From contig RDEW01000003.1 of NCBI GenBank assembly GCA_011109175.1, forward strand, positions 682,001 to 746,000: a stretch of DNA of 64,000 nt, read 5' to 3'. This document shows positions 25,943-38,429 of this stretch, piece by piece. The translations under genes were made by a program, and so were the position numbers. The first letter of the stretch is position 1, and every line of letters starts with the position of its first letter. A model generated the notes under the pieces. That model was not told the origin of the DNA, did not search any database, and saw nothing but the letters and a program-made list of their open reading frames with translations. Source of the DNA: Dicyema japonicum (lineage: Eukaryota > Animalia > Dicyemida).

Positions 25943-28257
25943 TCTGATTTACAGTTTCCAATAATTTAGTGCAAATATATTTATAGTAATGTGGTCTATT
26001 GCATAAGAATTCTCATAAAACCCATTAAGATAACAAAATTGTGGAAATTTGACTTAAAATCAATTTATTTTTATCTTATTGATATTGCTTCAAACATTAC
26101 CGACAATGGCTTATCAAACGATTTTATCTTCAAAGACGGATTATTAGTGATGGGAGGTGAGCTGGGGACATACGGACATAGCTCTGATGCACTATAGTCT
26201 AAGGTTATCTCCTCAGGGTTGATGCAACCTCTCGTAGCTGGACTCTGGAAACATCATAAAGCAGAAGTTTTAAAATATGAGGGCATACAACAATGTCTGC
26301 GTTCGATTTCCATGTGGATAAATTGGGAGAGCAAGTTAATAACACTCTGTTTTGAGGGGGAACAGTGAATTAGACATTTATTCTCTAAATTTCCTGATAA
26401 TGAAAACAAAATAGAGTAATCCTAAAAAACATGAAATTTCCAAATTTATCATTTCGTCAATTATTTTTCTTTTGTTGTAGATTGTAAATGATGATGTTAT
26501 AAGCCACGATTGTTGAAATTATTATGACAATCTGACGCAACAACAATCAAATGCAAAAATAGTGAGATATTTATGGGATTACTCATGGTGATTACCCACC
26601 GGGAGTTAACATTCTTAATGACACTTGGGTTGTCTTAAGGTAAAATTTTGCGGTCTAAAAATATCAATTGGCTTTATCTATTGTTGTGACAATATGAGTA
26701 TAATTTAGGCTTAAAATTCTGGAATGTCAGTATTTTAAACCTTTTTTTGTATAGTTCCTATGAAAAAAATCGTCCCTGTCAAAAATTTATCGCTTCCCCA
26801 TAATAACTATAGTAATGTTATATTAGGTCGATTTTTGTCAATAAAGTCAAAAATTTACATGTTCTTTAAAATTGTTTAAAACTTATAAAAAGTGATTTTA
26901 AAAAATATATTGTATAAATCAAAAGTTATAAAATCAAAAAAGTCAAAATTTTGGGCAACGTAAAAAAATAAAAATTTAAATTTTTAGGTCAATAAAGTCA
27001 AAAAATTTTTATTGATTTATATTTTTAATTTATTTTTCGAGTTTTTGAATAAAATACTAACGTGTTAAATTCCGTTCAGTCAGGAAGGTCATCAACATCA
27101 ACTTTACACCGCGTTCAATCAAGAAGGTTATTGATAAGGTTAAGATTTTTATATCTTTTTTACTTCCTTCTATGCAAAATTGTAGACAATTCATGCCAAA
27201 GGTAAGTTTATCGAAGCTATTTTTGAGTTTTTTACATGCATTTATTATAGAATTGAAAAAAATTGGATTCATTTACGAAATCGATGCAGATAAATGTGAA
27301 TAAGCAAATAAATTTCATTAAAATTGGCTATTTACCCAAAATAATTCTGATCAGAAGGGGAAATTGTCTTGAAATTGTTGAATATTATTGTAAAAATATT
27401 TTTGAATTAAAAAATAACAATAAAATTGTATTTCAATATCGATTTATGTGGAATCAAAATTTGGATTTTTAAAGTCAATTTTTAGGTCAAAATTTCGGAT
27501 TCAAAACATTTCCCTATTTATAATTAGTAATTTTATTAAAAGATCTTAAAATTTTCAAATGCTGTATTTTTTGTGGTTTATGTTTTTTATGTGCTATTTT
27601 TTAAATTTTAACTGCTATAAAAATTGTTCTAGTAATTAAAAAATTGGCCCTTCGGACTAATAAAATTCTCTGGTTTCCTGATATAGTTTGACTTCCGACC
27701 AATGAGATGTTCACGTAACTTTGCTATTTTGAGGAACTCGTCAATTAACTTTTAAAATAGATCTTTAAGGATACTTAAAGCTGTCTATAAAGCTTCACCT
27801 GTTTGCACTAAGAAATAATGTTAATGAAAATTAATGTGATATATCAGTTCTTGTGGTTACAACGTTTGCAACATAAAATAGACTAAATTCTATTTTCTAA
27901 ACAAAAGAATAATTGTGGGTGATTATTATTGACCCAGTAATGGGTATTTTCAGAAAAACTAAAGAATGTTTCCTAATGGTAATTTGTGATCGCACAATGG
28001 TAACACATACCAAAGCGATAAAATACAACGTGGCAGTTGACTCAACACATATATGGACTGTTGGCGAGTATATTTGACAAACAGTCTTCAAGATATAGGT
28101 TCTCTTAAAATTTTCTGGGGACCACGTTAAGAAACACTGATCTAGACAGTTTATTCGCCTAGTTTATGTGGAGGCAGAAACAACATAATGAATTCTACGC
28201 AATATTGTAGTAATACGGAATTTTTGGTATTAATAAATTAAAAATTAAATTATAATT

Positions 28258-28470
28258 ATTCCAAAGACCAAGGGTAACAAACTAACTAACTCCTTGATCC
28301 TGACTCGTTCCAGCATCCAGAACTTGTCTCCAGGTAACGACATTGTCCCCCGGAGAAGAATAGTTGGATCCTCTTGATGCTGGCTAGGCATTGGGCGTCT
28401 CCTCAGTAAGGTTGATCCAATTACGACATCGGAAGAAAAATAATTTATGACCAACTAGCCACATAGCACC
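28258..28470 (-). mobile_element. Family A SINE-like element (copy 3)
   Basis: Homologous to 2985-3207. Confidence 0.7.
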
Positions 28471-28879
28471 AATTTAAAAAAATTAAATATTCGTAAGGGA
28501 AAAAATTAATATTTCTAATTAAAAATTACAATTCAGTAAACCCCCATTAATCCAAAGTTCAGTAATCCGAATTTTTTTGATGAGTCACAAAATTGACCAA
28601 GTTACAGGCATTAATAAAGCGAAACTTCCACAATCCGAAGGACATTAATTAAAAATTTAGGATTAGTTCATTCCGTTTTTATTATACTTATACTTTTAAA
28701 TGAATTTACATTTTAAATTTAAAATTTTACAGTCCCACATTGTTAGAAAGAGTCCGAAATTTTTATTGCACAGAAAAGAAAAAATCTCATAGATATTATC
28801 CCATATTGTGAAATAAAAAATGAACCTTTATTTAGGAATTTCGACACTTTCAAAAAATCTTAAAAACCTGTGAAACTTG

Positions 28880-29455
28880 GAAAACTGTGAAACTATAGTT
28901 AACAAGTCAAGAACTCCAAGTGGTAAGCATCATCAACTTGATGATCCACTTGTTGAATGGATTCCAAGGATCGATGCAATCAATGGTTTTATTACTGAAG
29001 ATATCATTTCGAAAGCTAAGATATTTTATAAAAAGCTTGGAATCAGTGATCTTGAATTTAGTAAATGCTAGACAGATTTAAAGGAAGTTTAATCATATAC
29101 TTAAAATTTTTCATGAAGGAGATAACAGCTTAACACAAGATGAACTTAATTAGAATAGACGAAATATGATTAGTTAAACGAGGTTGACCCTGACGTATTG
29201 CTAAAAATGGATGAAACTGGACTCTTTTTTCAATCTTTCCCTTTAGAAACAATTTCAACTAAAGATAGAATAGGTATAAAGCAATCGAAAGTGAGGATCA
29301 TTATAGCTCTGTGCTAACGCAACTGGAACAATAAAAATTAAACCTTTTATATTGGGTATAGTAAAAGGTCAAGATGTTTAAAAAATTTAGATTTTGAAAA
29401 TTATTGTACTATGCAAATAAAAGTGATGACAACAGAGCTTTTTAATGTTTTCATC
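28880..29455 (+). mobile_element. pogo/Tigger-like transposase, 5' part (CENP-B HTH plus start of DDE_1)
   Basis: LDDPLVEWI...KAKIFYKKLG..LEFS; MDETGLFF; KQSKVRI; ANATG..K.KPF..G..K..RC(F/L)KN; decayed. Confidence 0.75.
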
Positions 29456-29465
29456 AGTCATCTTA

Positions 29466-30281
29466 TTATTAAGGCACTTTCACGAAAGCCATAATGATTA
29501 TAGCCCCGCATGTGCAACACTCAAAGAAACAATATTTATAGTTAGTCTTTTCCATCTTCCTCTGTCGAATGCGAGTGATCTCAATTCGTCCAGGTCGTCT
29601 CCCGTCTTTAGATTTTTTCTCACACGATTTAAGTTTTTGTTTAAGGCTATCGAAAGTGTCGATCTAGATCGTCAGCGGAAGGGTTTTTCGCAACTGTCAA
29701 AGTAATCTTCCATCGCTTTGTTAGCGGGTGCGTCCGGGTTCATTCTTAGTACATGCCCAAATAGCCTCCACCGGGCGTCTATCACATCCTTGCGGATGTA
29801 AGAACACATACACTTGTTGTAGATACCAGTGGTTGATATTCTACGTGGCCACTCCATTTCGAGTAAGTTTCTTAGTTGCCTTCTATGGAACGAATCCAGT
29901 TTCCAATAGTTTCGTTGAAAACTTTCCCCATGTCCCAGCTTATACAGAAGGATCGTTTCACAAACGCGTTGTAAAGCCTGCATCTGATGTCAATTCAAGT
30001 CCGTTGGCCCTTAGCCATCCTTTCTTCAGTTTAGCCCATTGTTGCATTTGCCAGTTTTTCCTCCTTAGTATATCTTCAGCGTCTCCTAGTAGAGAGCCGA
30101 GCTTATTAGTACGTCTCCATCTTTCATGAGTAATATCGTCTTCTCTTTTGATTTCCGTAATTTCAGTTTTGTTAACATTTACGCTGAGAAACCATTTCTC
30201 AAGCTCCGCAGGTGCATTTTCTAGCAGGTGTTGGAGTGCGGTCACGTCCCGTGATACAAAATCCACATCATCGCATAAGAT
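29466..30281 (-). mobile_element. RTE LINE 3' part, starting at the YADD motif
   Basis: YA(D)DVDFVS, LSVNVNKTE, KLGSLLG, RWRLFGHVLRM, ttattatt tail. Confidence 0.85.
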
Positions 30282-31556
30282 CAAATCAAATCAAATCAAA
30301 TTTATTCCAAAGTAAGGAGTTAATTAAAGGGATTTTAATCGTGTCCGCCTTTGCGGCCTGGACACTTCACACGTATCCCATCTCCATTGTAGTCGTCCAT
30401 TTAGTACGCATTGAGAAGCTGGTTACCCAACCTTACTTCGATATCTATTTTTACCGGCCTGACAAGGCTATTCTCTTCCTCGGAGAGGCTTTCATGTAAT
30501 TTCCTCCCCAGAGATATTTTTATCGCCGCTCGCCTTGTTTTCTCCAGGCGAGCGAGAATCCTTTCTCTCGAGGGAGTATAATACCATCCCTCGCATCCGT
30601 ATATCAGTCTTGGGAGAATCACAGTTCGGAAGATATAGAGCATTGTATCGGCGTCCAGCATAAGTTTTCTGGAGCAGAACATCGCTTGAACGGCCTTCTT
30701 CCTCCGCTCCTCGATGTCCTTCCGATACGATCCTCTTCCATCCACTGCAATCCCCAGGTATTTCAGGCTAGAGACTCTAGGTATCCGTAGCGTATACAAC
30801 TCTCTCTGGTGTCGACCCAGCCTGCATATTCGCAAGTAACTGGATTTTTCTGTGGATAGTTTCATCCCTGTCCTATCGCACCATGTCCGAACTCTGTCGA
30901 CAAAAGCCCCGATTCGTCGCTCAGAGATGTATGCCTTCAGAGATGAGTCTAGGATTAAGATGTCATCCGCATATATCATCAGCTTGGTCCTAACGTTTTG
31001 TGGAGAAGGAAAGTCTTCCATAAATATGTTGAATAATAGAGGGCTTTAGAATAGACCCCTGCGGCACTCCCCTTTTAAACAATATATCTTCGGAATATCT
31101 TCCACCAACCACCACGTTTGATATCCTCCCAGTCAACAGGTTCTTCAGCCATAAAAACATTTGTCTTGAAATTTTGATCGAACCAATTGACAGAATAAGG
31201 CCTCGTGCCATACACTGTCGAAAGCCTTAGAAATGTCAAGGCAGACAAGGCTCAACTGGCTCCTCTTCTCAAAAGCATTTGCAATCTCATAGTTTAGAGA
31301 GTGAATGCAATTTCCGCACGATCTCCCTGGCCGAAAACCCCATTGGTAACACTGTAGAAAATTAATCTTTTCTATATATTGATTCAATTTCTTGAAAATA
31401 ATCCGTTCCATAATCTTCGATGTAGAACAGATAAGGCTTATAGGCCTATAACTAAGAGGATCTTTCCTCTACTTTCCAGGTTTAGGGATTATCTTTACAA
31501 TTGAGTGCTTCCATAGTGAAGGGGAATGTCCGAGCTTGAAACTTGCGTTATACATC
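30282..31556 (-). mobile_element. Jockey/I-like LINE (LINE-H) copy 1, 3' half with (ATTTG)n tail
   Basis: QWGFRPGRS, LDISKAFDSVWH, GVPQGSIL, IYADDILI; near-identical to 43354-44650. Confidence 0.9.
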
Positions 31557-31814
31557 ATTATTTAATGATAATGAGATGCTCATCCATGAAGAAACTACTG
31601 AAGTGAAACCACTAAACAAGAATAAAATAGCATAAAAGTTAAGTGAAATTGAATAGAATCTTCTTGAGAACGTTGAAAACGAAAGGATGTCGTCCTTATT
31701 ACATCTATTAGAAGAATTAAAGCAAATATTAGAAATATAAAAAATAAACATGGGAATTGAATTTTATTTTTTATAGAATTTAATAACTCAAAAAAATCAA
31801 TAATGTAGTCAAAT

Positions 31815-31920
31815 TAACACAGCCAACCATCCAAAGTGAACCCCGCCGACAATATCGACGTCGTTGCTTTTCACGATTGCAGCAGAGATCAACTGGAGAA
31901 GCCACCGGGGTCTCACGTGC
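31815..31920 (-). mobile_element. CRE 3' remnant
   Basis: Homologous to 4955-5065. Confidence 0.55.
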
Positions 31921-31929
31921 GAAGATTGG

Positions 31930-32370
31930 AATTCACAAGGCATTCACTCACTCTCAAATATCTTCCCGCCCATCGTTAGAGCTTCTATACAAACATTTTG
32001 TTCTACCTAGCATCGAGTACGCATGTGCTGCATGGATTACCCCTTTATCAATATCAGCACAGAGCAAGCTGGAAGTTTCACAAAATCGATGTCTCAAGAT
32101 TCTATTGAGATCGTCAAAAAAGACGTCCACCTCGTTACTACGGAGAATACTAAACATCTTTCCAATCATGGAATATCTTACGGAACGTCAGTAGAACTTT
32201 TTCAAGATGGCAAAGTCTCTTGACCATTTCCTCGGGCCGCACAGCAAATTATATATGGACGCCAGCCCGAGAGATGAAAAAAAATCTTTTACGCTGTGGA
32301 GATTAATCCAGGACTCCAAAACTAACTGCAGGAAAAAGACTGGTATGGACACCGAGATCACTTAATTAGA
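31930..32370 (+). mobile_element. L2-like LINE C-terminal fragment
   Basis: LLYKHFVLPSIEYACAAW...LEVSQNRCLKIL; 3' gatcacttaattag is shared with other L2-like ends. Confidence 0.65.
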
Positions 32371-32958
32371 CGATACTTTTATCCTTTTCTCGTGATTTCT
32401 GGGTTAATAAAATAAATGAATTAATATTTCGTTCGTTAGGTCATATTTTATTTATAATTTTTAAAAAAAATAGTAGGGAAACTAGCGAGCCGATAAAATA
32501 GTCTCGCGAATCGTTCTGGCTAAGGCAACGAATCGGGATTGCCGCATTACGCAAAAAAAACATTAACAGGAATACCTAATACATTTGACCTGTTTCGCCC
32601 ATTCGTATACATTATTCAGGAAATAAGAAAATGGCAAGATATTTTTTACTTTTATGGATGAAATAAAATTTATGGATTCAATCAATTCCTCCAGGTCAAC
32701 TTCACTACAAACTTTCCCTTTTAGAAAATGTAGCCATAAACACCTCTAGGTTATCCCAATAGCCAAGCCAAAGACATAGCCAATTGGGGCTCGAGTCCAA
32801 AGAGGCCCGGTGATCAAATTATATATTGAAAAAAAACAAGTAAAATGCCATTGAAAGAAATCAAAAATGCGAAATTTAAACAGTTTTGTCCAGTATTTTT
32901 TGGAAATTTATGAAATGTCATGGAACAACCATTTTGGTAAAAAAAGTTTTACCATGTT

Positions 32959-33077
32959 AAATAAAATGCTTGGAAAATATAGAAACTTTTTTTTGTAATT
33001 AAAATAAAATGCTTGGAAATATAGAAACTTTTTTTTTTTGTAATTAAAATAAAATGCTTGGAAAATATAGAAACTTT
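32959..33077. repeat. ~44 bp tandem repeat, about 2.7 copies
   Basis: aaataaaatgcttggaaaatatagaaacttttttttgtaatt repeated. Confidence 0.85.
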
Positions 33078-33559
33078 AATGATAAAAATGTTAAAAATTA
33101 TTTGTGCTTTATTTCAATAAATTTGATTAAAATTAAGTTAGAAACATTACCCGAACTGAATTAATAAGGTCATCGAAGGGGCATCCAGTTCAGTCCTTCA
33201 CACGCGGAATGTTGAGATAAGTATGCGTTCTGACTGAAACTAAGGTACAGTTCAACAAACCAGATATTTTCGTATATAAGAATGAGATATTTCTAATCAA
33301 AGTGGGAACTGTTACATCTCTGAATCGCCTAAAACAAGTGGAAGTAGAAAACTATCACAATTACTACCTCCTTGCAATTGAAATTTCGCTTCTCTTGTCA
33401 AGTAAAGATTATCTCACTGGTTGTGACCTGGGATGAGTTTGAACAGGATCCGTGTGATATCAATTTATATCTTGAAAAAGGACATGCAAATGACATTAAA
33501 AATGTTAGAAATGCGAAGCAACTATTCTGGTAGAAAGAAGTCGTTCCATGCTAATAAAG

Positions 33560-34000
33560 TGGAAAACCTCAAACTGGTAATTATGATGTTTTTGAAAAAT
33601 ATTGGCCAATATAGCCCTACAAAGAATGGAGAGTCCGTAAATTATGGAAAAACTTTTGTGAGGGCAGATCGACCTCGTTTGTGTGTGGAGTCACAAGTTG
33701 AGGTGCCCAGCGGTCCAAAGATTCAAAGTGAGAACGACTATTCGTGAGTTTGACATGTCGAAAATTTTTGCCAATAGACAGAAATTGTTACAAGTTCTGG
33801 AGGACTTCCTTTACAGTTCCACAGTCAGACTGACTAGAAAACTCCTAACGGATACGAATTTGAATGTGAGAATCAGGGGTACCTCCTCAAGGGCACATTC
33901 CAAGGAGATTCATCATCCCTTCGGGACCTGGATACGTTCTTTGAAGGGGAAAAGACATCAATGGAGCACATAAGGGTCTTTTGATTCCGAGGTTTGCATT
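33560..34000 (+). mobile_element. RTE RT remnant
   Basis: FDMSKIFANRQKLLQVLEDFL..STVRLTRKLLTDTNLNVRIRG...QGDS. Confidence 0.6.
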
Positions 34001-34109
34001 GTAGGCCCTCATTGATAGATTTCATCAAGCATGAAAGGTGAGTAGTTGTAGAGTGACCCTTCTTAAAATCACGTTGGAAGCAAGCGTCCGGGAGGTAAGG
34101 TTTAATGAG

Positions 34110-35014
34110 TTTTTCAAGAATTTTTGAAGAGGGTCTTTAAGTGGCCGGTGAATCCTTTGGCCGTCCTGGTTTTAAGATTGGTCGCATATCGGCCAATTTT
34201 CATAGAGTATGGATGGAGTTCCTGCTAATGGAGAGGTTGAAAATTCGTGTGAGGTCCATGGCAGCATAAGGGCCAACCTTCTTGAATACTATAGTAGGGA
34301 TACCATCTGGACTGCTTGAGTAGGACGACTTTTGGTTTTGAATCATCTTCGCCACGACATCCATAGAAAGATTATTTGTGGTTGCGTCGGTGGAAGAAAT
34401 GGAGGACCCCCAATTTCTGATGAGGGATAAACTCACGGAAGAATAAACCTTCATAATCTTGTTTAAAAAGTTCTTGTTCTACAAGTCTTTGCAGGGAAGC
34501 GTCTTCAAAGAGTTTATGAAGCTCAGAAGAGTATTCCACATACTAGTGAGAAAGGACTGTTTGCTTAGGATGAACGTGAGGTTATTACAGTCCATCTCCT
34601 GTTTCACTTCGGCCTTGTTTCTGATCTCTCTCCAAAGCTCGAATCCTCACCCTGGTTTTCCAAGATTGAATTTGTAGGTTTTTTAAGCAATTTCTTTTCT
34701 TCGTAAATGAATCTTGATAAGTGTGATGAGTCCACTACCAGGGCGGTCACGTCGAAAAATGTTGTACCCGAGAAGGCAGGGTGTGTATTTAGGAAGATAG
34801 TCTTGTTTCTTGAAGTAAGCAAATGTCTCCCCTCTTATTCCGTTTATGCTTAGTTGTAAAAAAAAAAAGTTTTTGATAGGCAGGGGTTTGGATTTATATC
34901 TCCTTAGAGATATAAAGGACAATCTTTTTGGATTGGAAGGAATAAGGGATCATTTTTGTTTGTGAAGTAGATTCCACAACTTGTGTCACCAGAAACGTCG
35001 AACCACATGACGCG
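34110..35014 (-). mobile_element. L2-like LINE no. 2, 5' portion (structured leader, 2A-like motif, APE, start of RT), internally deleted
   Basis: LQLSINGIRG..CLLQETRL; SSPDGIPTIVFKKVGP..LTRIFNLS; RPILKPG. Confidence 0.75.
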
Positions 35015-35089
35015 TGCATAAGATCCATAAAATTCTTTAGATAACGGCAGCCACTTTCCAGCATCAAAATCAATATACAGTAAACCCTC

Positions 35090-35518
35090 ATTAATCCGAA
35101 CAAAAAAATTGGATGCCTTGGGATTGTGAAGGTAAAATACTAATTTCAGTGTAGTTAATATTTATGTTTTCATATAATAATCTCTCCATTTTAGCATCAA
35201 TAATTTCCTCGTCAACATTGCAATCTTCACGAAGAGTGACGATTTTGCTCTCGTCGAGCACTTCTGTTTGAGTTATTTTTTCCTCATTGGCAAGTTCTTC
35301 CAGTTCTTTTCGATATTCATTCAAACAGGATCTTGAATGATATCCTCATTAGTAAATGAATGAATACATTTAATTGTCCAGTCTTTTTGTTTATTGTGTC
35401 TTCTTTTTCTTGGTACGTGAGATAACATTATGGTGGCTTTCCGTGAATTCATAAAAATTCTTTTTCCAAATCAAGGGCTTCCATATAATCCAAAATAAGC
35501 TTTTTCCTACAATGATGC
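35090..35518 (-). mobile_element. pogo/Tigger-like transposase, 3' part (probable continuation of 28880-29455)
   Basis: KHHCRKKLILDYMEALD resembles the Tigger K.HYRK.L motif; acidic C-terminal region. Confidence 0.45.
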
Positions 35519-35519
35519 T

Positions 35520-35794
35520 TAAAGTTTTTGATTATTCCCGAATCCATGGTTGAAGATGAATGTGCTTGAGCAAATATTGGATGAATCGTCGGTTAGGATA
35601 ATCAGATTACTACTTGCGAACACAAGACTATCTGTGAGGACAGAAGGAACAACTTCCCGCAGTTTCAAAACAACGATTGGGACACCCCAGGGTGATTCCC
35701 TCTCCCCTTTACTATTCACCATATACCTTGAATCTGCACTCCGCGACCTCCGTAAATGCTATATAGAGACATAGAAGAGACATCTTATGCGGAT
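35520..35794 (+). mobile_element. RTE LINE 5' part, ending at the YAD motif
   Basis: VLEQILDESSVRIIRLLL...GTPQGDSLSPLLFTIYLE, ending atcttatgcggat. Confidence 0.8.
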
Positions 35795-38429
35795 TCCTTT
35801 TCCTTTTAAAAAAAAAATTCAGAATACAAGCGGATGGTTATTTCAAGAAAGACGAAAGTTTCAACAACGAAAATTGGAAACTCCTCTCGTCCTCCGGGGG
35901 CTACTACGGCTGAGTCATTCACTTTGAGAACAAGACGCCGCACAAGGCAGAACTTTCTAAACCTGCCAATGAACCAACGAAATACGACTCTTCAGATATG
36001 AATAAACCATCAAACGAACCAAATCCCACAGAAAACTTGTCCTTGCTGATAACAGTGAATTCCGCCACCAGTGCAATAAAGATTGCGAACACACTATACC
36101 TCTATGACCAATACGGATGCATGAAGATGAGCCACAGAGGATCGGGCTCCTTCCGTCTGGACTTCCGAGGCAACTCACACATGGCCACCTACATGGAGGC
36201 CATAAATGAGACCTGTCCCTTTGGTCTGGACAACCACCACTTTAGGGCAATCTCAACCAAACCATCTGAGATTGTCCTGAGGAACCTTCCGTTCTGGGTG
36301 AGGGAGGACGACCTGTTGGACTACCTACAGGAGATGGCTCCCTCAACTACGAAAGTAACCCGAATGTACAAAGGATCGCTGCCCATGCCAATGGCGAAGG
36401 CCACGATTAAGAGTAGACCGGAAGCCACATCGTTAATACGTTGTGGTTTCTACATTGGAGTGAACAAAATATCCTGTGAATGGAAGAGAAGAGGACCGCC
36501 GATCTGCTATAACTGTCAGCAGATAGGTCACTTTTCATACCAGTGCACAGGAAAACAAAGATGTCTACGTTGCGCGGGAGAACATGATATCTCCAAATGT
36601 ACTATGGATATGGATTCTAAACGGAAATGCATCAATTGTGGGTCTGCAAAACATGGGGCAAGGTATGAAGGATGCCCTGTGCTTGTGGAGACCAGGCGAA
36701 AGCTCATTCCCTAAATCCAAAAAGCAGATATGAAATCTATGAACGTCATAGACGACAAGGTTGAGACACTAACACGAAAAAGAATTATTGGTCCAAGTGT
36801 TAACAAGCCCTCTTCAGCTAATCTACCGAAGAAATCGGTTTGGCAAACCAAAGAAGAGATACCAGGAAGAATCAAAGAAGAACTATATGAAATTATTACA
36901 AGACTGAGAGAACTTAGTGTTACTTTGGGAGTGGATTTACGGGAAATGGTGGACCTGGCCATGGAGAGCCCGGGCCACCAAAAAGAAATCTGAAAAGAAT
37001 CCTAAAGTTAGTGCTGGTGAATGCCCGCTCCTTGGTGAAAAGGCATGATGAACTAGCACTACTTATGAGGACTGCCAAGGCAGATGTCTTGGTAGTCAAC
37101 GAGACGAAGATTCGAGAAGGAAGGCATTATATTCTGGAAGGATATGACTCAGTGGACATTCCATGGAAAGATGGAGCAGTTGCTGGAACAGGAACCTCAA
37201 TCTTCTTTCATAAACTATTGCAAACTCGAAACGACTGCATTATATCGGCCGACGATTCGGAATTCGTGTCTGTCGACGTGCAATGTGGTGGAACGTGGAT
37301 AACCGTGGGAGGGCTATATTCTAAGGACTTGGCCCGGTCCTCTGTGAAAATTGTCGAGTTCTTCGAAAGAAACCCAATGTCGATCCTGGTGGAGATTGAA
37401 CGCCAAGAACAGGACCTATGGATGTTATGGAAACAACAGGGACGGTCAACTACTAGCAGATTTGGTCGGGGAAATTGGAGTCGAAGTCTTAACGACCGAA
37501 GAACCTAACCATTTCTCATACTACGGGGGTGATATGCTGGGATTGGCCTTAGTATCTCCACAACTACTAGACCATGTAACAGGCCAAGGTTACTCTGGGA
37601 TATAGGGAGTGACCATATCCCTATGGAGATGACTATAAATCTGGAACCGGATATTATTGAAGACATTTTTCTGTATTATGATACCTCGTCGGTAGACTGG
37701 GAACATTATCGTCATTATTTATCGAAGAGTATGCTAATGAAGATTAATTATTCCTTTTCTACACATAATGACTTGGATGTTTTCAACCAAGATTTATCCA
37801 ATACTATTATGATGTATCTGCGATTATATGCAACCAAGGTTTACTCAAAAATCCTTCCGAAAACGAATCAGTCCTGCCCTCCTTCTATTCGGAGTCTTAT
37901 TCGCGAGAGGAATACTCTGAAGCGAAACACAGACGATGTGTGGACATGTGGGACAGGATAACTTTGAAAAATAATATCGATGCTATCCAAAAAGTTATAC
38001 AAAGAGCCTGGAAGTTGTATTCCGAAAACCAAGTTAGGAAAGCAGCCTCGAAAGTGCACTGAAAGAATCCTTGCTTTTGGAAATTGTACTCCAGACTGAC
38101 CAACAAAAATTTGAGAGCAAAGAACATTGTACTGGCGGATCAAGATGGAAGAACAATTCCCCTGGAAAGAGTACCGTCAGTATTCAGGAAACAATTAGAA
38201 AACATACAGGGAGTAGACCCAGTCAGTATTATATCTGAAAAATTCTCAGAAGATATATCTAGTTCTATGGATTACTCCATAGACGATCTGAATAGTATGG
38301 TAGAGGAAATCACCTTGGCAGAAGTCAAGACTGCTATACGGGAGTGCAAAAACAAGGCTCCTGGATTAGATAGCATTCCGATGACTATGTTTAAAGAAGG
38401 ATCCGATGAATTTCTATCTGTTCTACAAA
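35795..38429 (+). mobile_element. LINE-H copy 1, 5' half: gag-like ORF1 with three zinc knuckles and ORF2 APE
   Basis: CYNCQQIGHFSYQC, CLRCAGEHDISKC, CINCGSAKHGARYEGC; LVNARSL, VNETK, GSDHIP, KAPGLD. Confidence 0.9.

Noticed and set aside
26050-26400. Cys-containing frames on the minus strand (HCCMP) suggesting a secreted cystine-knot protein
   Set aside because: Could not build a consistent exon structure or cysteine pattern.
26700-27500. AT-rich region with recurring gtcaataaagtcaaaa motifs, a possible MITE
   Set aside because: No clear TIR pair or TSD could be delimited.
35834-35880. LINE-H ORF1 N-terminus (MVISRKTKVST) resembles the H2B tail (MVQKVSTK), suggesting capture
   Set aside because: Low-complexity basic similarity without convincing nucleotide homology.
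36711-36962. Antisense ORFs over LINE and histone genes (also 46120-46518, 42596-42787 and others)
   Set aside because: Shadow frames of real coding sequence on the opposite strand.
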